A DNA stretch of 64,000 nt from Elusimicrobiota bacterium. Lineage in GTDB: Bacteria > Elusimicrobiota > Elusimicrobia > UBA1565 > UBA9628. Under the pieces are notes generated by a model that worked only from the letters and a program-made list of their open reading frames with translations, did not search any database and was not told where the DNA came from. Shown here piece by piece: positions 44,719 through 54,862 of this stretch; the stretch's first letter is position 1; the number at the start of each line of letters is the position of its first letter. Made by a program: the position numbers and the translations under genes. The stretch is taken from the NCBI GenBank assembly GCA_035533295.1, contig DATLUA010000040.1:559-64558 (forward strand). Direction: 5' to 3'.

Positions 44719-45874
44719 GAAAAAACAAGGCGATTTTGTGGGCATCATCGTAGCGATTCCAAAAGAAACGGCGGCCGGAGAACATCGCGTAGCCCTTGTC
44801 CCGGAAGTCGCCGGCGCCCTGGTCAAAAAAGGCATCGCGGTTCTGGTGGAAGCCGGCGCGGGGGCTTCGTCCTACTATCCCGACGCCCTTTATTCCGCGG
44901 CCAAAGCCGAAATCGTCTCCTCCAGGCGGGCGCTCCTTGAGAAATCCTCGATTGTTCTCAAGGTCCAGCCCCCGACTCAAGAGGAAATCGCCTGGATGCG
45001 GCCCGGGACCGTGGTCGTCTCCTTCATCAACCCGAGCCGCAATTCCGAGATTGTCCGGCGCATGCGCGACGCCCAGATCACGGCTTTCGCCATGGAACTC
45101 ATTCCCCGCATCACCCGGGCGCAGAGCATGGACGCGCTCTCCTCCCAGGCGACCGCGGCCGGATACAAGGCGGCGCTTTTAGCGGCCGAGCATTCCCCCA
45201 AATTTTTTCCCATGCTCACGACCGCGGCGGGGACCGTCCGCCCGGCCAAGGTTCTGGTCTTGGGCGCAGGCGTGGCCGGCCTCATGGCCATCGCGACCGC
45301 GCGCAGACTGGGCGCCGTGGTGGAGGCCTACGACGTGCGGCGCGCGGCCGGCGAGCACGTGCGCGCCTTGGGGGCGAAATTTCTCGAGCTCGCGCTTAAC
45401 GCCGAGGCTTCAGGCGGCTATGCTCGGGATCTCACCGCCGAGGAGAAAGCCCAGGAGAGGGCGATGGTCGCCGAGGCCGTCGCTCGCGCGGACGCCGTCA
45501 TCACCACCGCCAACATCCCCGGCCGCAAGGCGCCGAGGCTCATCGATCGCGAAATGGCTTCGCGCATGCAGCCGGGCTCGGTCATCGTGGATTTAGCCGC
45601 GGAGTCGGGCGGCAACTGCGAGCTCACCCAGCCCGGAAAAACCGCGATCGTGGGCGGCGTCATCGTGCTGGGGCCGGAAAACATCCCTTCCCAAATTCCT
45701 TTTCATTCCAGCCGGCTCTACGCTAAAAACCAGCAGGCGTTCCTTGAGCTTCTCATCGGCAAGGACGGCGCTCTCAACGAAAATTTCAGCGACGAGATTC
45801 TCGCCGCGGCGCTGCTCGTTCACCAAGGCCGTGTCGCACACGAACCTACGCGGGAATTAGTGGAAACGGCATGA
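44717..45874 (+). CDS. pntAA: NAD(P) transhydrogenase subunit alpha part 1 (PntAA); start possibly GTG 44738
   Basis: The alanine-dehydrogenase/PNT fold GxGxxG segment is VLVLGAGVAGLMAIATARRLGA. An NAD-binding domain follows. A separate small membrane subunit gene follows. Confidence 0.8.
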   Translation: MKKQGDFVGIIVAIPKETAAGEHRVALVPEVAGALVKKGIAVLVEAGAGASSYYPDALYSAAKAEIVSSRRALLEKSSIVLKVQPPTQEEIAWMRPGTVVVSFINPSRNSEIVRRMRDAQITAFAMELIPRITRAQSMDALSSQATAAGYKAALLAAEHSPKFFPMLTTAAGTVRPAKVLVLGAGVAGLMAIATARRLGAVVEAYDVRRAAGEHVRALGAKFLELALNAEASGGYARDLTAEEKAQERAMVAEAVARADAVITTANIPGRKAPRLIDREMASRMQPGSVIVDLAAESGGNCELTQPGKTAIVGGVIVLGPENIPSQIPFHSSRLYAKNQQAFLELLIGKDGALNENFSDEILAAALLVHQGRVAHEPTRELVETA

Positions 45875-46158
45875 TTACCGGGATGTGGGCATCTTTAACC
45901 ATCGTCATCTTGGCCGCTTTCACCGGCTACGAGGTCATCAGTCGCGTGCCGGTCATGCTCCACACGCCGCTCATGAGCGGATCCAATTTTATCCACGGCA
46001 TCGTGCTGGTGGGCGCCATGATCGCCCTTGGACACGCTCGCACGCCGCTGGAGCAGGCGGTGGGATTTGTCGCCGTGGCCCTGGCCGCGGCCAACGTCGC
46101 TGGAGGATACGTCGTCACCGATAGGATTCTGCGCATGTTCTGCAAGGCCAAGGAGTAG
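45871..46158 (+). CDS. pntAB: NAD(P) transhydrogenase subunit alpha part 2 (PntAB, membrane)
   Basis: 95 aa with three TM helices, in the conserved position. 4-nt overlap with pntAA. Confidence 0.75.
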   Translation: MITGMWASLTIVILAAFTGYEVISRVPVMLHTPLMSGSNFIHGIVLVGAMIALGHARTPLEQAVGFVAVALAAANVAGGYVVTDRILRMFCKAKE

Positions 46159-46164
46159 AGCCCG

Positions 46165-47523
46165 GTGTCCGCCTCTATCCTCATCGAACCCGTTTACCTC
46201 TTAGCCTGCGTTTCCTTCATCCTGGCGCTAAAACGAATGAGCCGGCCGCAAACTGCGGCCAGCGGCATGGTCTTCGCCGGCCTGGCGATGGCCGCCGCCA
46301 TCGCCGTCACCTTCGCCATTCCGGGAATGCGGAACTTCGCGCTCATGGCCGTCGCCATGGCCCTGGGCGGCGGCGCGGCCTATTACGCGGCGAAAAAAGT
46401 CGCCATGACGGGAATGCCCCAAATGGTCGCCATCTACAACGGCATGGGCGGCGGCGCCGCCGGAGCCATCGGCGCCCTGGAACTCCTGCGCGGCGCGACC
46501 GGAGTCGCGGGGGCGTTTTCGGCCGCGGGCGGCATCATCGGCGCCGTTTCCATTTCAGGGAGCGTCATCGCGTTTCTGAAGCTGCAGGGCTGGATGCGCG
46601 AGAAGGCCATCGTCTACCCCCTGCAAAAGGCCTCCAATTTGGTTCTTCTGGCGGCGGCCGTGGCCGCGGGCGCCTTCTGCGCGATTCATCCCTCCCGCGA
46701 AATTTTGACCGTCTTCTTCCTGCTCTCGACCGCCTTTGGGTTCCTCATGACTGTCCCCATCGGGGGCGCGGACATGCCCGTGGTCATTTCCTTATATAAC
46801 GCGCTGACCGGCGTGGCCGTGGCCATGGACGGGTTCGCCATAGGCAACTTCGCCATGATGATAGCCGGAACTTTGGTCGGAGCGGCGGGCTCGCTCCTGA
46901 CCCTGCTCATGGCCAAGGCCATGAACCGCTCCATTCCCAGCATTCTTTTCGGCGGCTTCGGCGCGACGGAGCAGGACTCGGGCGACATCGCGGGAAGCCT
47001 CAAGTCCATCGAGCCGTCCGACGCGGCCTTGATGCTGGGCTACGCCGGAAAAGTCATCGTCATCCCCGGCTATGGCCTGGCCGTGGCGCAGGCCCAGCAG
47101 AAGGTCAAGGAACTCATGGACGCGCTGGAGGCCAAGGGCGTCACGGTCAAGTTCGGCATCCACCCCGTCGCCGGGCGCATGCCGGGGCACATGGACGTCC
47201 TCTTGGCCGAGGCCAAGGTTCCCTACGACCATCTTTTCGACCGCGATGAGATCAACGCGGAATTTTCCAACGCTGACGTGGCCCTGGTCATCGGCGCCAA
47301 CGACGTCGTCAATCCTTCCGCGCACCGCGCCGGCAGCCCGCTCTACGGGATGCCCATACTGGACGCCGAGCAGGCCAAGAACGTCATCGTCCTGAAGCGC
47401 GGAAAGGGCAGGGGCTTCGCCGGCATCGAGAACGAGCTCTTCTACAAGGACAACACCCGGATGCTCTACGGCGACGCCCAGGAAAGCGTCTCCAAGCTCA
47501 TCCAGGCGCTCAAAGACGTTTAA
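46165..47523 (+). CDS. pntB: NAD(P) transhydrogenase subunit beta (PntB)
   Basis: Polytopic membrane N-terminal half. The C-terminal NADP(H)-binding dIII domain shows GYGLAVAQAQ, HPVAGRMPGHM and VIGANDVVNP motifs. Confidence 0.85.
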   Translation: MSASILIEPVYLLACVSFILALKRMSRPQTAASGMVFAGLAMAAAIAVTFAIPGMRNFALMAVAMALGGGAAYYAAKKVAMTGMPQMVAIYNGMGGGAAGAIGALELLRGATGVAGAFSAAGGIIGAVSISGSVIAFLKLQGWMREKAIVYPLQKASNLVLLAAAVAAGAFCAIHPSREILTVFFLLSTAFGFLMTVPIGGADMPVVISLYNALTGVAVAMDGFAIGNFAMMIAGTLVGAAGSLLTLLMAKAMNRSIPSILFGGFGATEQDSGDIAGSLKSIEPSDAALMLGYAGKVIVIPGYGLAVAQAQQKVKELMDALEAKGVTVKFGIHPVAGRMPGHMDVLLAEAKVPYDHLFDRDEINAEFSNADVALVIGANDVVNPSAHRAGSPLYGMPILDAEQAKNVIVLKRGKGRGFAGIENELFYKDNTRMLYGDAQESVSKLIQALKDV

Positions 47524-47568
47524 CCTGCCGCCCCGCGATAAAAATTCAGGCCTTGCTTTTTTTAGGTA

Positions 47569-50500
47569 TTGGGGGCAAACTTCATTGGCATGCCGCTGAG
47601 AAAATCGCGCCGATCGGCCGCGTGGTTCGTTTTGTTTGCGCTCCTGGCGCAAGCCCCCTCCCGGCGAAGCGCGGCGGACGAAGTCGAGGACGCCCAAATG
47701 CAGGCGGCCTTCGCGCAGGCGGCCGCGGCCTACCGCGCCTCGGCCGCGGACCCCGATGCCGCGGCGCAGGCTTTCCAAAATTTCATCTCCAATTATCCGC
47801 GCGGCGCCAGGACCGCCGACGCCTATTTTGCCATCGGGGAAAGCCTCTTTGAGTCCGCCCTTGACGAGGCCCGGCAGGAGCAGTCCCCGCTGGCCGGCGG
47901 CCCTGCCTTCGAAAGCCTGCCCGACTCAAGCATCCGGAACCTTAACGCCGCGAAAAAAAATTATTCCAAGGCGCTCGACAAAGCGCCGGATGACGCCCTG
48001 CGCGCCAGCGCGGCGTACCGCCTGGGAGAAATCGCCTACGATTTGCAGGATTGGAAAGAGGCGGAAAAAAGATTCTCGGACGTGACGGATCAGTGGCCCC
48101 GAAGCTACGCCGCGCCGTTGGCGTTCCTGGGCCTGGCCGACGCGGATTTGGCCCAGCAGGATTTCGCCGGCGCGGCCAAGGCCGTGGAAGGCATCGCGGA
48201 AGCCGCGCCGAGCTTCATGGACAACCAGGGCGTTTCCTTCGTCCAAGGAATCCTGGCCCTGCACGCGGGAGACTACGCTCGGGCCGAGAAACTGCTTTCG
48301 AAAAATCAGGATCCGCGGGCCCGCTACTATCTCGGCCGCACCTATCTGCTTTGGAAAAAACCTCTTTTGGCCGCGCGGATTTTTGAGGATATCTCGCGGA
48401 ACTCCGCGAACGCGAGCCTGCGGGAGGCCGCCTCGTTCTACCTGGGCGACTCATTCTTCGTCTCCGGCGATTACGACGGCGCCATCGTGAAGTACCAGGA
48501 TTTCGTGCAAAAATATCCTTTCTCGCGGTTCAAGACGGCCGCCCTTTACCGCATCGGCGGCGCGGCCTTCGAGAAAGGGGATTACGGGCAGGCGCGTCTT
48601 TCCTTCGGTTCCCTGATTTCCCAGAATCCGGATGATTTCTACGCGGCCTACGCCCGGTATTTCATCGGCGAGTCCTACCTCGCCGACGGAGACTTCCGCC
48701 AGGCGCTTTTCGCTTATTCCGATCTTTATTCCAGCCGCGGGAATCTGCTCAAGCCCGAGGCCCTCTACCGTCTGGCCTGGACCGAGCAGTCCCTGGGAGA
48801 CCACAGCCGGGCGGCGCAAAGCGGCCAAGATTTCGTCACGCTCTATTCCACCAATCCGCTGGCCAACAATATTTCCATGATTGAGGCCCAGAGCCTGGTT
48901 GAGCTTAAGCGCTATCCTGACGCGTTGGCGGCCTATCAACGCGTCGTGGACTCCGCGCCGGGCTCTGATGTCGCCGAGGAAGCGCTTTTCTTGATGCTGA
49001 AGCTCCAGTACGACCGGAAAGATTACGGCTCCATCGTGACTTCCTACCAGTTCCTCCTCGATCAACTCCCCCAGTCAAGCTCCGACTGGAGAAGTCTCTC
49101 GCGCCTCATCGTGGCGGAGGCCTATCTCCGCCAAGGCCGGCTCGACGAGGCGCGCAGCCGCTACGCCATGATCGTCAAGGTCTACCCGAACAGCCCCGCG
49201 GCGGTCTACGCGCAGGACGGTTTGGCGTGGTGCGACGAGCTTTCAGGACGCGAGGAGCAGGCCGTCGCGGACAGGCGGCAGCTCCAGAGCATGCTCAGTT
49301 CCTCGACGTCCACCTTGGCCGCGGTGAACAACCTGGGCATCGCGGACAGCCTCTACGCTCAAAAAGATTACAACGACGCCGTCAATCTCTACCAGGGCTT
49401 CGCCTCCGCGCACCCGAATTCGCCCGCTCTGCCCGAGGCGCTTTACCGGGCCGGCATTTCCCTCTACCACCTGGGCTATTACAGCGACGCCGTTAAAACT
49501 TGGCAGCAGCTCTTGAGCCAGGCGCCCGATTCGCCCGAGGCCAAAAAGGCGTCCCTCAATCTGGCGGACACTCTTTTTCGGGCCCAGAAATATCCGGACG
49601 CCCAAAAGGCCTATCAGGATATTCTCGGCCGCTGGCCCGCGGACTCCTCGGCCGGCCTTTGCTACCTGAGGCTGGCCCAAATCGCCTACCAAACCGGAGA
49701 CGACGACGGCGCGCTCGCCCAGGCGAAGGCCCTTTTGACCAACGCGCCGCAATCCGGCCAAATCTCGCAAGCCCTGGACCTGGCCGAAGCGGTCTTCGAC
49801 CGCGACGCGAAAGAGAACTTCCGCGATTTTTACGCCGGGCTTCTTCAGAACAACCCGCAAAGCCCGGCCGCCGCGGCCGTGGATTTTCGCCTGGCCAGCC
49901 GCCTTTACGCGGCCAAGGATTACGCGGACGCCGCCAAGGAATTCGAGAATTTCAGCGTGAACTACACGGACGATTCCCGGCTACCCAAGGCGCAAATCTT
50001 CCTGGGCGAGTGCTATTTCAACCTGGGAAACTACGCGGACGCCGCATCGGCCTACGAGCGCTTCGCCCAAAACTTTCCCCAGGACAAGGACGCCCCGCTC
50101 GCGCTGTTCAAAGCGGGGATATCCCACTACAATCTAAAGGAATACAATAAAGCGGCCGCGGCCTATGAAAAACTATTGTCCGCTTTCCCCTCTGCTCCAT
50201 ACGCGAAATCGGCCCTCTACAACTTGGCGCTGGCCTACAAGGACGCCGGCAACGCCGACCGCGCGGAGGAAATCTACGCGGAATACCTCAAATCCTCTCC
50301 CGGAACGGCGCAAAGCCAGCAGGCGCTCTGGGACGTTTTCTCGATTGAGAAGAACCGCAAAAATTACCCCGCCGCGCTTAAAACTTTGCAGGAAATTACC
50401 GCCGCGTCCGCGCCCGGAAGCGACGCCCTCATCGAGGCTTCCTACCGCATCGGCTCTGTTAAGGAAAAGATGGGCGACGAGGCCGGCGCGCAGCAGGCTT

Positions 50501-50733
50501 GGGAAGCCATGCTCCCGCTGCGGCCCGCCTCCTCTCCCTACAGGCTCCAGGCCCTCATCAATCTCTCGAAAATTTACGAGAAAAGCTCGGATTGGGCCCA
50601 TGCCCTCTCGATCTATCGGGATTTGGCGCAGAACGCCGATTCCCCGGCCGTGATTCAAGCGGCGAAGCAGCGAATCGAACAAATACAATCCATGAACGAT
50701 TCCGCCTCATCGAAACCAGGAAAGACCCCATGA
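47569..50733 (+). CDS. Large secreted TPR-repeat protein (1054 aa)
   Basis: Signal peptide, then more than 20 TPR-like 34-residue repeats rich in A/Y/L with W/Y-x-x-A patterns. The stop overlaps the next start (ATGA). Confidence 0.6.
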   Translation: MGANFIGMPLRKSRRSAAWFVLFALLAQAPSRRSAADEVEDAQMQAAFAQAAAAYRASAADPDAAAQAFQNFISNYPRGARTADAYFAIGESLFESALDEARQEQSPLAGGPAFESLPDSSIRNLNAAKKNYSKALDKAPDDALRASAAYRLGEIAYDLQDWKEAEKRFSDVTDQWPRSYAAPLAFLGLADADLAQQDFAGAAKAVEGIAEAAPSFMDNQGVSFVQGILALHAGDYARAEKLLSKNQDPRARYYLGRTYLLWKKPLLAARIFEDISRNSANASLREAASFYLGDSFFVSGDYDGAIVKYQDFVQKYPFSRFKTAALYRIGGAAFEKGDYGQARLSFGSLISQNPDDFYAAYARYFIGESYLADGDFRQALFAYSDLYSSRGNLLKPEALYRLAWTEQSLGDHSRAAQSGQDFVTLYSTNPLANNISMIEAQSLVELKRYPDALAAYQRVVDSAPGSDVAEEALFLMLKLQYDRKDYGSIVTSYQFLLDQLPQSSSDWRSLSRLIVAEAYLRQGRLDEARSRYAMIVKVYPNSPAAVYAQDGLAWCDELSGREEQAVADRRQLQSMLSSSTSTLAAVNNLGIADSLYAQKDYNDAVNLYQGFASAHPNSPALPEALYRAGISLYHLGYYSDAVKTWQQLLSQAPDSPEAKKASLNLADTLFRAQKYPDAQKAYQDILGRWPADSSAGLCYLRLAQIAYQTGDDDGALAQAKALLTNAPQSGQISQALDLAEAVFDRDAKENFRDFYAGLLQNNPQSPAAAAVDFRLASRLYAAKDYADAAKEFENFSVNYTDDSRLPKAQIFLGECYFNLGNYADAASAYERFAQNFPQDKDAPLALFKAGISHYNLKEYNKAAAAYEKLLSAFPSAPYAKSALYNLALAYKDAGNADRAEEIYAEYLKSSPGTAQSQQALWDVFSIEKNRKNYPAALKTLQEITAASAPGSDALIEASYRIGSVKEKMGDEAGAQQAWEAMLPLRPASSPYRLQALINLSKIYEKSSDWAHALSIYRDLAQNADSPAVIQAAKQRIEQIQSMNDSASSKPGKTP

Positions 50734-53700
50734 AAAAACTATTCTCCGTCGCGCTTTCAGCTATCATCGTCGCGGCGCCCGCGTTCGCGGCGCCCCATAA
50801 TTCCCAAGGCAGCGCCCCGCTGGCCATCAAAGCCGCGCCCGACGCGGTCTACTTCTCCCCCAACGGCGACGGCATCCTGGACACCGCCATTTTCCACCTG
50901 GCCGTCTCGGCCCCGCAAAACGTCTCGCAATGGAGCTTCACCATCACCGACGCGCTCGGGCAGGAGATTAAAAAATTTTCCGGCCAAGGCGCGCCGCCCT
51001 CGGTGCTGGAGTGGGCCGGCAAGGACGAGAACAACGAGATTATCGCCGACGGCATCTACTTCTACACTCTGAGCGTCACGACGCTGGCTGGAGAAAATGT
51101 CGTGATGCCGGCCAAGCAGGTCATCTGCAGCCGCCAGCCTCCGTTCGCCCAGGTCCGGGTCGAGCCGGATATTTTTTCGCCGGAGGAAGGCAGCGCCAAG
51201 CCGGTCGCCCATTTCAATCTCCAGGCCAGCGATCCCTACGGGATGAACAGCTGGCTGCTGCGCATTATTGGAAACTCAGCGATTAAATCCTTCTTCGGCA
51301 AGGGCATGCCGCCGGCTAAAATAGACTGGCACGGCCTCACCGACACCGGAGACCCGGCGCCCAACGGCCCATACTCCTTCACCTTGGCCGTGCGCGACTT
51401 GGCGGGCAACACCACCATCACCTCCCCGCAAACCGTGACCATCGACCGCACCGAGCCGACCATGCAAATCACGGCTAATCCCTCCATTTTTTCGCCGGGC
51501 GGCAGCGGCGCCAGCGCGTCCGTCGCTTTCGATATTCAGCCGCCGCCGGGCCACAAGATCATCGAAACCTGGAAACTTTCCATTAAGAATAAGGAGGGGC
51601 AGATTGTCCGAACCTTCGCGGGCGCGGGCGAGCCGCCCCTGCAGATTCCCTGGGACGGCAGCGGCGCGGACGGTAAAATACTTCCGGACGGAGCCTATAC
51701 CTATTCCCTTCTGAGCTCCGACCAAGCCGGCAACAGCGCCCTGACCATTCCCAAGACCGCCATCATCGACACCAAGCCGCCGCAGGTTTCCATCGCCTTG
51801 AAGCCCTGGCTTATCTCGCCTAATGGAGACGGGTTCAACGACAGCGGCGTCTTTGCCGTTTCGGCGAAGGACGAAAACGGCGTCGCCGGCTACGCTCTGG
51901 AAATCCGCGATGACGCCGGAAACTTAAAGCGCGCCTTCCGCGGCCAAGGAACGCCGCCTCACGAGATTGAGTGGGCCGGGCAGGACGATTCCGGAAACCA
52001 GCTTCCCGACGCAAAATACACCTACACCTTGACCGCCGTCGACGCCGCGGGCAACAAAGCCGTCACCGCGCCTCAGACCGCGCAAATAGACACCACGCCG
52101 CCGGTCGTGCAAATCGCGGTCTCCCCGACATTGATTTCACCCAGCGGCGATCAAAAGCAGGCCAACTTCCAAATCGGCGAGCAGGACGCCTCGGACGTGG
52201 ATGCATGGACGCTGACCATCAGCGATTCCAAGGGCAAGGCGGTGCGGAAATTCTCGGGCCAGGGCGCTTTAAACGGCGAACTGGGATGGGATGGGACCTC
52301 CGATTCCGGCGCGATGGTTCCGGACGGAGACTACTCCTGCGTTTTCTGGACCCAGGACGTGGCCCATAACGCGATAACGCTCTCCCCCAAGATGGTCACG
52401 GTCGGCGCGGGGCTGCCGCAGGTTTCCGCGCAGCCGAGCCTTCCCGATTTCTCGCCCAATGCCGACGGGATCATGGACGCCGTATCTTTCGCGCTCGGCG
52501 CTCATTCCTTCAATAAAATCTCGAGCTGGACCCTGGACATCGTGGACGCCAGCGACATTCGCATCCGCGAATTCTCCGGCCAGGGGCAGCCCCCGGCGTC
52601 CCTGCTTTGGGGCGGAGAGCGGGATGATAAAAGCGTCGCTTCAGACGGGATATACCGGTATGTCTTCGGCGTCGTGGACTTGGCCGGCAACCGCAACTCC
52701 ACCGCGCCCGAGCCCATTCAAGTCGACAACACGCCGCCCGAAATCAACGCAAAGGCCGCGCCCATTCTTTTCGCCCCCAAAGGCACGATTAATCAAACGA
52801 ACTTCGCCCTTTCCTACAAGGACGCGAGTCCGGTCGGAACCTGGACGCTCAATATCAAGAACGACAAGGGACGCGTCGTCCGCGCGTTTTCCGGCAGCGG
52901 CTCCATCCCCGCGCAACTGCCCTGGCGCGGGAAAGACACCGCGGGGAAAATCGTGCCCGACGGCTCGTACACCTACAACTTGAGCGTGGCGGACTCGGTC
53001 GGAAATAAATCCGTCCTGCCCGATCAAATCGTGCGGGTCGTGGACGCGCCTCCCCAGCTCACGCTTTCCGTCCAGCCCGCCATTTTCGCCCCCAACGCAG
53101 ACACGTCCAACGACCGGGCGTTCTTCAGCGACACGGCCCGCTCCGCGGCCAATATCGCATCCTGGGGGCTCTCCGTCGCCGACGCGGAAAACAATAGCGT
53201 GGTCTGGAAAACTTCCGGGCAGGGATACCCGCCGGCGCAAATCATCTGGGATGGAACCAACGGCAAGCACGCGCCATTCCCGGACGGCAAATACAACGCG
53301 ACGTTTTCGGCGACCGATGAAGTGGGAAATGAAGGGCTGAGCCCCGCGGCTTCCGTCATCATCAACAGCGCCAAGCCGCAGCTTGTCGTTTCGGCCGAGG
53401 AGGAAACGGTTCCGAGCCTCATGCCCGAAATCCAGACCGAGGAAACTTCCCGCGGCATCGTCATTCCTCTGGCCGCGGAGGTGCTTTTTGAAACCGGCAA
53501 GGCGCAGCTTAAACCCGAAGCCTACGCGACCCTGGACGAAGCGGCCGCGGTCCTCCGAAAATATGACGGGCGGCGCATCCTCATCGAGGGTTACACCGAC
53601 AACGTGCCGATTCACAACCAGCAGTTCCCCTCCAATTTAAGCCTTTCTCGGGCCCGGGCCAAGGCCGTTCGCGATTATTTCGTGGACAAAGCCCGCTTAA

Positions 53701-53861
53701 ACGGCTCGCGCATGTCCTCGGCGGGCTACGGAGACGCGCGACCTGTCGCGTCCAACGACACCGCCGACGGCCGCCGCCAAAACCGGCGGGTCGAAATCAT
53801 CATCGCCAAGGAAGGGGCGGCGGACGCGACGGCGCCGGAGGCCGACGGCAATGGCCGATAA
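50730..53861 (+). CDS. Secreted protein with ~9 tandem FlgD-Ig-like repeats and C-terminal OmpA/MotB-like peptidoglycan-binding domain
   Basis: Start ATG 50730 (MKKLFSVALSAIIVAAPAFA). Repeats carry W-x-G-x-D-x-x-G-x-x-x-P-D-G-x-Y and ...D-x-AGN signatures. The C-terminal OmpA-like segment is FETGKAQLKPEA...ILIEGYTDNVP...NLSLSRARAKAVRDYF...NRRVEIII. Confidence 0.65.
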   Translation: MKKLFSVALSAIIVAAPAFAAPHNSQGSAPLAIKAAPDAVYFSPNGDGILDTAIFHLAVSAPQNVSQWSFTITDALGQEIKKFSGQGAPPSVLEWAGKDENNEIIADGIYFYTLSVTTLAGENVVMPAKQVICSRQPPFAQVRVEPDIFSPEEGSAKPVAHFNLQASDPYGMNSWLLRIIGNSAIKSFFGKGMPPAKIDWHGLTDTGDPAPNGPYSFTLAVRDLAGNTTITSPQTVTIDRTEPTMQITANPSIFSPGGSGASASVAFDIQPPPGHKIIETWKLSIKNKEGQIVRTFAGAGEPPLQIPWDGSGADGKILPDGAYTYSLLSSDQAGNSALTIPKTAIIDTKPPQVSIALKPWLISPNGDGFNDSGVFAVSAKDENGVAGYALEIRDDAGNLKRAFRGQGTPPHEIEWAGQDDSGNQLPDAKYTYTLTAVDAAGNKAVTAPQTAQIDTTPPVVQIAVSPTLISPSGDQKQANFQIGEQDASDVDAWTLTISDSKGKAVRKFSGQGALNGELGWDGTSDSGAMVPDGDYSCVFWTQDVAHNAITLSPKMVTVGAGLPQVSAQPSLPDFSPNADGIMDAVSFALGAHSFNKISSWTLDIVDASDIRIREFSGQGQPPASLLWGGERDDKSVASDGIYRYVFGVVDLAGNRNSTAPEPIQVDNTPPEINAKAAPILFAPKGTINQTNFALSYKDASPVGTWTLNIKNDKGRVVRAFSGSGSIPAQLPWRGKDTAGKIVPDGSYTYNLSVADSVGNKSVLPDQIVRVVDAPPQLTLSVQPAIFAPNADTSNDRAFFSDTARSAANIASWGLSVADAENNSVVWKTSGQGYPPAQIIWDGTNGKHAPFPDGKYNATFSATDEVGNEGLSPAASVIINSAKPQLVVSAEEETVPSLMPEIQTEETSRGIVIPLAAEVLFETGKAQLKPEAYATLDEAAAVLRKYDGRRILIEGYTDNVPIHNQQFPSNLSLSRARAKAVRDYFVDKARLNGSRMSSAGYGDARPVASNDTADGRRQNRRVEIIIAKEGAADATAPEADGNGR

Positions 53862-54807
53862 TCCGGGCGGGAAGATGTGCGGCGCCGCCATGGCCGCCGC
53901 GGCCCTGCTGGTTATGGCCGCGGGCGCGCGGGCGCAAGACTCCGGAACCGCCGCCGCCGTGAGCGCTTCAAGCGGGGTGCTCCAGAACGTCGTCATCAAG
54001 GGAAACGAGCAGCAGAAACCCAGCTTGGCGAAGCCTCCCCTGACGCTTCAGGCCGACCCCTATGCCGCCATCCAAAAATCCCTCAAGCCCGACGAGTCCA
54101 TGCTTCTGACCGATTCGCCGCAAATCCAAAGCTGGAATCAAGCCCGGCCCGACATGCTTCACGCCCAGGGCCTTATCGCGCCTTGGAACGACGTCCTCAA
54201 GGAACTGCCCGCCATCGTGATTCCAGCGCGCGCCGATTTGACCGCGACCATCGCGCAATCCAACGCGGGCAAAAAGGCGCGCGGATGGTCTTGGAGCTTG
54301 GATATCGTTGACGAGCAGGGAAAATCAATCAGGAGTTTTGGGGATCGCGGCATTCCTCCGAATAACTTGATCTGGGACGGCCGCGGCATGGACGGCTCCT
54401 GGATTGAAGCGGGACACTCCTATTCGCTTCTCTACCATTGGACAAACGGCGCCAAAATCCTGACCGCGGTCGGCCGCACCATCGAGTTTCCCGGCGTCGT
54501 TCATCCGGACGCGGACGGGTATTCCGTGAGCCTGGACTTCTCACAGCTTTTCGGGGACCAAGGGCAGGACGACGCTCTTGCCGATTCAGGAAAACCGTTG
54601 CTAAGCGCCGCGGCTGATTGGTTCAGGCGCGCCAGCTACGGAAAAAGCGCCGCGATTTCCGTTTATGGAGGCGATGCGGCCCAAGCTCAGGCGCTCCGCG
54701 CCGCCCTCGCCGCGGATATTTCCCTGCCTCGGGACGCCATCACGATGGAATCTTCTCCTTCCTCCGAATCCGGCCAGCGCGTCGTCATCCGCTTCGGCGG
54801 CCGTTAG
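53851..54807 (+). CDS. Secreted protein with one FlgD-Ig-like repeat and degenerate OmpA-like C terminus
   Basis: Signal peptide MCGAAMAAAALLVMAAGARAQ. It contains a WSWSLDIVDEQGKSIRSFGDRGIPPNNLIWDGRGMDGSWIEAGHSY repeat. 11-nt overlap with the previous gene. Confidence 0.45.
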   Translation: MADNPGGKMCGAAMAAAALLVMAAGARAQDSGTAAAVSASSGVLQNVVIKGNEQQKPSLAKPPLTLQADPYAAIQKSLKPDESMLLTDSPQIQSWNQARPDMLHAQGLIAPWNDVLKELPAIVIPARADLTATIAQSNAGKKARGWSWSLDIVDEQGKSIRSFGDRGIPPNNLIWDGRGMDGSWIEAGHSYSLLYHWTNGAKILTAVGRTIEFPGVVHPDADGYSVSLDFSQLFGDQGQDDALADSGKPLLSAAADWFRRASYGKSAAISVYGGDAAQAQALRAALAADISLPRDAITMESSPSSESGQRVVIRFGGR

Positions 54808-54847
54808 CCGGAAAAGAAATAACCGTGAAAACGCCTTGCCAGTTCGC

Positions 54848-54853
54848 TATAAT
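54848..54853 (+). promoter_or_regulatory. Consensus -10 box TATAAT preceding a structured leader
   Basis: cagttcgcTATAATtcaagaaCTGGAAAGG. A weak -35 GTGAAA sits 17 bp upstream. Confidence 0.4.
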
Positions 54854-54862
54854 TCAAGAACT

